DNA of 47,923 nt. Origin: Verrucomicrobiota bacterium. GTDB taxonomy: Bacteria > Chlamydiota > Chlamydiia > Chlamydiales > SM23-39. Position 1 is the stretch's first letter. Each line of letters opens with the position of its first letter. The notes under the pieces were generated by a model. That model saw nothing but the letters and a program-made list of their open reading frames with translations. It was not told the origin of the DNA and searched no databases. The stretch lies in the NCBI GenBank assembly GCA_028873295.1, contig JAGWKO010000004.1, positions 1 through 47,923 of the forward strand. Reading direction: 5' to 3'. Shown piece after piece: positions 9,926 through 17,497 of this stretch. The position numbers and the translations under genes were made by a program.

Positions 9926-10184
9926 AAAAAAAAATACTCCATACTATTAATATAACGCATTAATTATACACAAATTGAAAATAAAATAATATTAGAAATA
10001 TTGTTTTATCAATAAAAAATTCGTAACTAATTTATAATAAAGAACTTGATTGCAACGATCGACTTTCGGCACATTTCTTCCAACTCGGCATTTTTTGAGC
10101 TCCACCTTGAATTCTGGAGCGTTTCCCTGATACACTCCTCCGACTGGAACTTGTGAATCTGTTCCTAACGATCTTGAGTATACC

Positions 10185-11084
10185 ATGCTGCAATTCTTCA
10201 AAAAACTGATCCGTCCCTTTTCCAAAATGCGCTGGGCTATCGGCGCCAAGTTGCGAGCGCTTTTTGCGCGCCCTCTTGATCGCGCGACCTGCGATGCCCT
10301 GGAACAACTCCTCTATGAAGCGGACTTGGGCCCCAAGGTGACAGCGGACCTCGTGGAGGCATTGCGCATCCATGCAAAAGAGCATCCTGACCCTGCAGGG
10401 TTCATACCCTTCCTGAAAACAGAGATTCGAGCTCTTTTTCCTGAAAGAAAAGTCTCTTCCCTAACCTCTCCTCCCCACGTCATTCTCGTCACAGGAGTCA
10501 ATGGTTCTGGCAAAACAACTTCGATCATTAAACTGGCGCATCGCTATCAGCAAGAAGGCAAGAGCGTACTGCTTGCAGCCGCGGACACCTTTCGCGCAGC
10601 AGCCAGTCAGCAGCTCGCGACATGGGCAGAGCGGATTCAGGCTCCCATCATTCGATCACAAACAGGAAGCGATCCCGCGGCCGTTGTCTTTGATGCTCTC
10701 AACAGTGCCAAAACGCGAAAATCTGACCTGCTCATTATCGATACAGCAGGGCGTCTGCAAAACAAAACAGCTCTGATGCAGGAACTTGCAAAAATGCGAC
10801 GCGTTCTAACACAGCAAGTTCCTGGTGCTCCGCACGAGACCCTTCTCATTCTCGATGCAACGATGGGGCAAAACGCCCTTGATCAGGCGCGCGCCTTTCA
10901 TCAGTTCACACCCATTACCGGCATTATCCTCACCAAACTCGACGGATCTGCAAAAGGGGGGATTGCTGTTGCTATTCAGAAGGAGCTCGGCATCCCTATC
11001 CTCTGGGTGGGTACAGGGGAAACAATGGAAGATCTCATCCCCTTTGACCCCGCCTCTTATGTCGATGCGCTCTTCAATGATTAG
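10185..11084 (+). CDS. ftsY: SRP receptor FtsY (NG domain only)
   Basis: GVNGSGKTT, DTFRAAA, DTAGRLQ and TKLDGSAKGG motifs. Confidence 0.97.
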   Translation: MLQFFKKLIRPFSKMRWAIGAKLRALFARPLDRATCDALEQLLYEADLGPKVTADLVEALRIHAKEHPDPAGFIPFLKTEIRALFPERKVSSLTSPPHVILVTGVNGSGKTTSIIKLAHRYQQEGKSVLLAAADTFRAAASQQLATWAERIQAPIIRSQTGSDPAAVVFDALNSAKTRKSDLLIIDTAGRLQNKTALMQELAKMRRVLTQQVPGAPHETLLILDATMGQNALDQARAFHQFTPITGIILTKLDGSAKGGIAVAIQKELGIPILWVGTGETMEDLIPFDPASYVDALFND

Positions 11085-11109
11085 ACCTCTTGCGTACGCA
11101 AGAGGTCTA
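11082..11109. repeat. Perfect 28-bp palindrome overlapping the ftsY stop
   Basis: TAGACCTCTTGCGT/ACGCAAGAGGTCTA. Confidence 0.85.
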
Positions 11110-11145
11110 TTGATTTTTTCTCACAACCAGATCTACCATTGAGCT

Positions 11146-11553
11146 ATGACGAAAGTGCTTATTCGTTACCGAGACCCTTTAGGGACAGAATCCGAGCAGC
11201 TTGATTCGGGCGCGCGTGTTATCATGGAAGCACCAAAAGAGATCGGTGGCAAAGGTGGGGCCTTCTCTCCTACCGACATGATCGGAACGAGCCTTGCCTC
11301 ATGCATGCTGGTGATGATGGGTCGTCTTGCCGCAAAGCTCAAAATTTCTCTAGAAGGAGCAACCGCTGATGTAGAAAAAGAGATGGCGCAAACAACTCCT
11401 CGTCGCATCGCAAAATTGACCATCCATTTTCGTTTCAGAGTCACTCCACCAGCAGAAGTGCAGAAACAGCTGGAAAAGGAAGCCATGAACTGCCCTGTTC
11501 ACTTCTCCTTGCATCCTGATGTACAGCAGGAGATTCAGTTCTTTTGGGGCTAA
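11146..11553 (+). CDS. OsmC/YhfA-family protein
   Basis: APKEIGGKG..FSPTD, LASCM and NCPV two-cysteine pattern. Confidence 0.9.
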   Translation: MTKVLIRYRDPLGTESEQLDSGARVIMEAPKEIGGKGGAFSPTDMIGTSLASCMLVMMGRLAAKLKISLEGATADVEKEMAQTTPRRIAKLTIHFRFRVTPPAEVQKQLEKEAMNCPVHFSLHPDVQQEIQFFWG

Positions 11554-12617
11554 AAATTTCTCTTTTAGAACTGATTGAGGGGACTCGGTTTTATCTACAG
11601 GAAGAGAGTTCTCTCCTTGCGTCCCCTGAGGAAGCCGCCTATTTTCGCACATTTTTTTCTTCCAGGAATGCCGAAAAAGCCTTTACGCCTCCGCCCTCAG
11701 AGCGGGCCGTAGAGAAGAGACCTGAGAAGAGTGCTGCCGTAGAAAAGCCGGTAGAGAGACTTCTTCCGCGTCCGCTCTCAGAAAAAAAAACCGAAAGCAC
11801 TGCTATTGCAGCAAAGCCGGCAGAAAAACTCCTGCCACCGCCCCTCTCAGCAAAGCCAGAAGAAAAACCGGCAGAAAGATTGCTCCCGCCTCCGCTTTCA
11901 GCGCAACCCGTAGAAAAGAGATCTGAGAGCACTGCTGTTGCAGAAAAACCGGAGGAGAGACTTCTTCCACCTCCAGAACAACCCGAAGAAAAGAAATCCG
12001 AGAATGCCGCAGTCGCAGAAAAGCAGTCAGAAAGCAAGCGGGAACGCCCTGCTGTCGCAGAAAAGCCGGTAGAGAAACTGCACCCGCTCTCCCCACCACC
12101 GATGCAAATAGGGCGCCTGAAGGGGATCGTGCAAAAGGTACTCCCCCATCTTGCGATCATAGAGCAAATTCCAAGTGATGCGATGGCAAAGAAAATTGCA
12201 AATCTCTGGAAAGCACATGCCCTTGCAGCCCCCATTTCGATTCTCTTCGGAGAAGAGCCTCCGCAACATCAATTCTTCTTAAAAGAGTTAGCCAGCGCTC
12301 TTACAGTCTACTATGGAGAAGCTACGCTTGTTTCTGCAGAAGCGCTAGAAAAAGAAAAAGAGTGGGAACATTTTCTCACAACAGACTCCCTGCGTTTCAT
12401 TTTGCTCTCTCACACCACATTATGGCAGCTGACAGGGCTACGCTCTTTTTATAAAGAGATGCCCGGCTCGGGCGTGCGCCTGCTCCACAAAACTCCCCTC
12501 TTTCTTCTTCCAGATCTTTCTCTCTACTTCAAAGACCCTCTTTTAAAACAAACCCTTTGGGGCGCAATCAATGCGGCCTTTTATAAGGAAAATATATGCC
12601 CTGTATTGCCGAAGTAG
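11544..12617 (+). CDS. Chlamydial conserved hypothetical protein (CT779-like by position next to priA) with Pro/Glu/Lys-rich repeat insert
   Basis: Long ORF overlapping the priA start; C-terminal LFLLPDLSLYFKDPLLKQTLW; TTG start uncertain. Confidence 0.65.
   Translation: MGLKISLLELIEGTRFYLQEESSLLASPEEAAYFRTFFSSRNAEKAFTPPPSERAVEKRPEKSAAVEKPVERLLPRPLSEKKTESTAIAAKPAEKLLPPPLSAKPEEKPAERLLPPPLSAQPVEKRSESTAVAEKPEERLLPPPEQPEEKKSENAAVAEKQSESKRERPAVAEKPVEKLHPLSPPPMQIGRLKGIVQKVLPHLAIIEQIPSDAMAKKIANLWKAHALAAPISILFGEEPPQHQFFLKELASALTVYYGEATLVSAEALEKEKEWEHFLTTDSLRFILLSHTTLWQLTGLRSFYKEMPGSGVRLLHKTPLFLLPDLSLYFKDPLLKQTLWGAINAAFYKENICPVLPK
11736..12094 (+). repeat. Five imperfect coding repeats (A/E)KP(V/A/E)E(R/K)L(L/H)P(PP)
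   Basis: DNA units such as gcagaaaaaccggaggagagacttcttcc recur at about 11736, 11808, 11858, 11940 and 12057. Confidence 0.8.
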
Positions 12618-14599
12618 CAGTTGAGCGCAGAAAAGCGCTTCGTTTTGACTACTCTATCCCTGAAGAGTGGAGAGAAGCGGCGCAGGTGGGCGTCCGTGTT
12701 GCCATCCCCCTGCAAGGAAAAACAGCCAAGGGGGTCATCGTCGCCCTGAAAGAGAGCTCTCAGTTTGAAAACCTGCTCCCCATCACCGAACTGCTCTCCC
12801 CTACTTCAGAGTTAAGTGCTGCGCAATGGCGCCTTGCTGGCTGGATGGCGCGCTACTATGCCACTCCTTTAGAGCTTGTTTTACGCCTTTTTATCCCCGC
12901 CCCCATCCGCCAGGATGTAAAAAGCAGAAAAGGCAAAGAAGAGACGCTTCTTTTGGAAGCCGATTTTTTTCAAAGCCTCCCTAAAACGTTGAATCCGGAA
13001 CAGAAGGCTTGCCTTGATCATATCAAGGCCTCCCTACAGAGCGAAAAGTTTAAAGTGCATCTGATCCATGGCATCACGGGAAGCGGGAAAACAGAAATCT
13101 ACCTCCAGGCCATAGAGGAGGCAAGAAGACTTGGCAAAGCAGCTCTCTTTCTTGTCCCGGAGATCTCCCTCACCTCACAAACACTGGAGCGCATCAGGGC
13201 GCGCTTTCAGGAACCGGTCGCTCTTTTGCATCATAGGCGCAGCCTCGGAGAGAGAAACGCAGCCTGGCGCAAGCTTGCAAGCGGCGAGATCTCTATTGCC
13301 ATCGGCGCACGCTCTGCACTTTTTGCCCCCATACCGCGCCTTGGCGTCATCATCCTCGATGAAGAACACGACTCTTCCTACAAACAAAGTGAAGAGGCTC
13401 CCTGCTACCATGCCCGAAGCGTCGCCATCATGCGCGCCCACATGGAGTCAGCAACCGTGCTTCTCGGCAGCGCCACCCCATCGCTCGAATCACGCTACAA
13501 TGCAGAGATCGGCAAATACCAGCTCCATTCCCTCACACGTCGCGCAAGCTCCGCTACGCTCCCTACCATCCAGATCGTCGACATGAAGGCAGCGCACCTT
13601 AGAAACGGCGGATTTACCCACTTCTCCGATCACCTGCTGAAAGCTATCGAAAGCCGCATCAAAAAAGGAGAACAGACCCTTCTCTTTCTCAACCGCAGAG
13701 GGCATCATCGCCTCGGACTTTGCCGAGAGTGCCAGACAGCCATCCAATGCCCGCACTGCGATCTCTCCCTCACCTTTCACAAAGGAGAGGAGCAATTGCG
13801 TTGCCATCTCTGCGGCTTCGAGCGCTCCGCAAATGAGTATTGCCCCTCCTGTGGATCGCGTGGGACCATACAATGCAAAGGCTTCGGAACAGAGCATGTG
13901 GAAAGATCTCTGCATGCCGTTTTTCCGGAAGTGCGCACTCTGCGCATGGATCGCGACACGACGCGAAAAAAAGAGAGCCATGAAGAGCTTTTTCAACAGT
14001 TCCGCGCTCATAAAGCAGATGTTCTTATCGGGACACAGATGATCGCAAAGGGGTTCCATTTCCCTTCTGTTACCCTTGTCGGCATTTTGCACGCAGATGC
14101 ATCCCTGCAGATCCCCGACTTTCGCTCCAGCGAATTTCTCTTTCAACTCCTCATCCAGGTTTCAGGAAGAGCAGGAAGGGCAGACCTCCCGGGCGAAGTA
14201 ATCCTGCAGACTTTCCTCCCGGAGCACCCGGTGATCCTGCTTGGGAAAAACCAGGACTATGATGCTTTCTATACAAGAGAAATGGAGGAGAGAAAGCTCT
14301 TCGGCTATCCCCCCTTTACCCATCTCATTAAATGCCTCTTCTCCTCTAAAAAAAGCGAAAAAGCACTCGAAGCAGCGGAGTGGACCTGGCGCAAGATTCA
14401 GGAGCTCTCCACTCCCGCTCTTCAGATCCTGCCGGTAGGACCCTCAGGTCACCCAAAAATTAAAGACCTCTTTCGATTCCAGTTTCTCATCAAAGCAAAA
14501 GAGCGCAAGGAATGCGAGAGGGTTTCCCTCTTTCTATCATCCCTCTCCTTCCCGGATGCCTATATCAAAGTCGATGTCGATCCATCATCGCTTTGGTAA
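12596..14599 (+). CDS. priA: Primosomal protein N' (PriA helicase)
   Basis: GITGSGKT, DEEHD, GSATPS, four CxxC zinc pairs and QVSGRAGR. Confidence 0.96.
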   Translation: MPCIAEVAVERRKALRFDYSIPEEWREAAQVGVRVAIPLQGKTAKGVIVALKESSQFENLLPITELLSPTSELSAAQWRLAGWMARYYATPLELVLRLFIPAPIRQDVKSRKGKEETLLLEADFFQSLPKTLNPEQKACLDHIKASLQSEKFKVHLIHGITGSGKTEIYLQAIEEARRLGKAALFLVPEISLTSQTLERIRARFQEPVALLHHRRSLGERNAAWRKLASGEISIAIGARSALFAPIPRLGVIILDEEHDSSYKQSEEAPCYHARSVAIMRAHMESATVLLGSATPSLESRYNAEIGKYQLHSLTRRASSATLPTIQIVDMKAAHLRNGGFTHFSDHLLKAIESRIKKGEQTLLFLNRRGHHRLGLCRECQTAIQCPHCDLSLTFHKGEEQLRCHLCGFERSANEYCPSCGSRGTIQCKGFGTEHVERSLHAVFPEVRTLRMDRDTTRKKESHEELFQQFRAHKADVLIGTQMIAKGFHFPSVTLVGILHADASLQIPDFRSSEFLFQLLIQVSGRAGRADLPGEVILQTFLPEHPVILLGKNQDYDAFYTREMEERKLFGYPPFTHLIKCLFSSKKSEKALEAAEWTWRKIQELSTPALQILPVGPSGHPKIKDLFRFQFLIKAKERKECERVSLFLSSLSFPDAYIKVDVDPSSLW

Positions 14600-17497
14600 A
14601 GAAAATTGAGCTCTCATCTCTTCCAACATCTTCTCTGCCCGTTCTAAAACAAGAAATATCTCGGGATAGGTCGGAAAAGTCCCCTTTTTTTCTTTAAGAG
14701 GCGCATCTGCCCGCAAGGTACGGACAAGAAGATTCATCCCCTCTGACATCCATTGAGACTTTATGATAAATCGCTCGACAGAACTTGCCTCATTCTTATC
14801 TCCCCCCAATAACCGCCTGTTCCTCACTTCATTAATCAAAGAAGCGACCTGTTCATTTTGCAACCTGCAATCAACACCAGCTTTTTTAAAGAAATCAAAG
14901 CGATTAATCTGAGGAAAGCCAGGAATTCGAGAACGGAGTGTGTTCACAAGTCTGCCGCGTAACTCTTCTTCCACTCCAATGGGAGTGTTACGAATCCGCT
15001 CTAAAAAGAGAAGGGTATCCCCCTCATTATACGGATTTAAACCGGCACAGAGCAAACGAGCAACAAGGAGCGTCCAAGCATAAAGATCTGTCTTTTCCGA
15101 AACAATACCTCGCTCTCTGCGATCGCGATCCCATAAATAATAATCATGAGGCGTTTTATAAACCCCAAAAGGAAGAGTCCAATCATAATCTGAAATTAAT
15201 GGATTAACTTTACCATTAACAACTTGCAACAAAACGTTGTCCGGTTTCAAGTCTCCATGGCTGATTCCCTCGCGCGCAATGAGTTCAAGCCCTTCCCCTA
15301 CACGGCGTAGAATAAAAAGCATGTCGGACCAAGATATGACAGTGGATCCAATTTTGTTGTTGCCGAAGAGGTCTGCAAAAGATCCTTCACAAAGCAGCAT
15401 GTTCCCCTCCCATTTTACCTTACCGGGAACCTCATAACCGCTATGGCGCTGGGAAAGTGGCATAAAATAGGCATCTGCGCCAGGAATCTGCAAAAGACGC
15501 TCATGCATCTTATAGGCGTTCCGACATTGAGAATCCTCATAATTACCCTTACTGCGATAAAGAGCGATCGGACGCGTCGCTGTAATCTGCGCATCTGCTC
15601 CCTCAAAAGTAAGTTGCCACGCCTGCTTTACCTTGCGATAAGAACCAGCTCCAAGAAGAAGACTCGGACAGGAGAGCATTTCCAACTCTACTCCATTAAA
15701 AGTGGGAGATACCCTGAAAGAAGCTGGCACTTGGTCTACTCCCTGAAACTCTCCCTGATGAAATCTCCGAGCCCTACCTACATGCGCATCTTTTTGCAAA
15801 GCAGAGACGACAATGCGCGATATCGCTATCGCTTTAGGTTGTGCTTCGCTCGGCCAAAACTGACTTGTAACCCATTGCATACTGGGGAGGTCTATTGTTG
15901 TAGTAGGACTTGAAGCTCTTGATTCTTGCAGCAACCGATACTCCTCTTGCACACTCCGGAGTTCATCTTCAATAAACGGGGAGACTTCTCCTCCGGCAAT
16001 TACCTGTTGGAGTTGAGAGGAAAGCCATGGAAAAAGCAGCATCTTATAGGCAAACTCCTCCAAAAGCATTTGAGCAAATCCATCGATTTTCCTCTCTTTG
16101 AGCCTCTCTTGTACAAAAGCAATAAGAGCAGATGAAAAATCGCTGCCGAACCCATTCTTCTCTGCATGCAGGGCGCGCACTTCGTTCATAAGAAGTTCTG
16201 GCAAAAAAGAGTCAAGGCGCAGCAGCGCCTCTTCTTCCCAGGAAATAGAAGCCGGCATCTTTTTTACGTCAAAGAAAAGAAGCTCTGAGAGCCAAAGAAT
16301 CCAGGCATGGCGGGGAGAGGGCTCGACCAGACGGCCCCTTTCTCCTGAAGGGGCATAGAGCAGAGGAATCTCCTCAAGTTGTACTGCATAGGAGTCTTCT
16401 CCCTGCTTTGCAACAAGAATCGACAAAGAAGAAAAAGAGCGATAGTGCGGCCAGGACTCTTGTAGAACCCAACTCTTTTGTGCCACGGAGAGAAGAGCTC
16501 GCATGGGCCATTGAGGACCATGCTCGCGAAGCATCATTGCCAGGCTGCAATACCCGGCAGGCCTGCAAACATAAAGAGACTCCGCATTGCGCAACTGTAT
16601 TATCCTCTCAGGCACCTGGATAGCATGACTATTCTCATAAACGTTTACTATTGATGAGCACGTACAAGAGATGGCGCCATCATCTCGAATAAAGAGCTCC
16701 CAGGAGGTCTGCTCAAAATATTTGGCGGGGCAGTTAAAATATTCCTCTCCACTAAAAGCATCATATTTGGGGGAAACCCCGATGAGAAGGAGCTCGCCTC
16801 TCTTCTGTATCCCAAAAACAGGTAATGACAGCTCTTCAAATATCTCCTCTGGAAGCTCCCGGGTTAAGAACCAACCACAGCATCCGGTAAAAAGAGATCT
16901 TTCATAGCGCCTCGTTATCTCGGAATAGACAACCTCCAACAGAGGCCCAAAGAGCTTACTTGGTACATGTTTGGGAAGAAGTTTACGCAGCCATGTCGCA
17001 AGATCACCTCGCATAATCTGAAGCAGAGGTCGCTGCATAGCGCGCTGAACGATCCCGTCCATTGTCTCTAATTTGTGAAGAAGGGACTCTTTTGAATAGT
17101 CTCCCTCAGGAACTCTCAGGAGCTCCCGTAGAAGAGCAAAACGAACGGCATATTCTTTGAGCGTAGCGCGATCCCCTTCGTGAAAACTCTGTTTGGCAGC
17201 TTCAATAAGACCATCACTCCACATCTGATGAGGAGAAAACTGTATCTCCTGATGCATCGAGGCGAGGCGGTTTACCATCGACCGATCACGGAGTCGATAC
17301 AAAAGCCGGCTGAAAAGTTGTTGATAGGCTTGCAAATGATCTCTAGTAAGCGGCAAATCAACGCAAAAACTCCATGCATCATTAGGAGAAAGGGTTCCTC
17401 CTCTTCTAAGACATTCGCGCAAATTTTCTAAAGAAAGAAATGGCGATCCAAGAGCAACACCAGGTAAGGAATGGAAATAGGAAAAAATCGCATTCAT
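14585..17497 (-). CDS. Large protein with C-terminal eukaryotic-like Ser/Thr kinase domain (atypical); paralog B
   Basis: LGAGSYRKVK, HGDLKPDNVLL, ISDYDW and EKTDLYAW; alignable with 17494..20226. Confidence 0.8.
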   Translation of the reverse strand: MNAIFSYFHSLPGVALGSPFLSLENLRECLRRGGTLSPNDAWSFCVDLPLTRDHLQAYQQLFSRLLYRLRDRSMVNRLASMHQEIQFSPHQMWSDGLIEAAKQSFHEGDRATLKEYAVRFALLRELLRVPEGDYSKESLLHKLETMDGIVQRAMQRPLLQIMRGDLATWLRKLLPKHVPSKLFGPLLEVVYSEITRRYERSLFTGCCGWFLTRELPEEIFEELSLPVFGIQKRGELLLIGVSPKYDAFSGEEYFNCPAKYFEQTSWELFIRDDGAISCTCSSIVNVYENSHAIQVPERIIQLRNAESLYVCRPAGYCSLAMMLREHGPQWPMRALLSVAQKSWVLQESWPHYRSFSSLSILVAKQGEDSYAVQLEEIPLLYAPSGERGRLVEPSPRHAWILWLSELLFFDVKKMPASISWEEEALLRLDSFLPELLMNEVRALHAEKNGFGSDFSSALIAFVQERLKERKIDGFAQMLLEEFAYKMLLFPWLSSQLQQVIAGGEVSPFIEDELRSVQEEYRLLQESRASSPTTTIDLPSMQWVTSQFWPSEAQPKAIAISRIVVSALQKDAHVGRARRFHQGEFQGVDQVPASFRVSPTFNGVELEMLSCPSLLLGAGSYRKVKQAWQLTFEGADAQITATRPIALYRSKGNYEDSQCRNAYKMHERLLQIPGADAYFMPLSQRHSGYEVPGKVKWEGNMLLCEGSFADLFGNNKIGSTVISWSDMLFILRRVGEGLELIAREGISHGDLKPDNVLLQVVNGKVNPLISDYDWTLPFGVYKTPHDYYLWDRDRRERGIVSEKTDLYAWTLLVARLLCAGLNPYNEGDTLLFLERIRNTPIGVEEELRGRLVNTLRSRIPGFPQINRFDFFKKAGVDCRLQNEQVASLINEVRNRRLLGGDKNEASSVERFIIKSQWMSEGMNLLVRTLRADAPLKEKKGTFPTYPEIFLVLERAEKMLEEMRAQFSLPKR

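Noticed and set aside
10040-10184. Possible IS remnant or small ORF upstream of ftsY
   Set aside because: No recognisable transposase motif or paired terminal repeat; the overlapping ORFs are antisense to ftsY.
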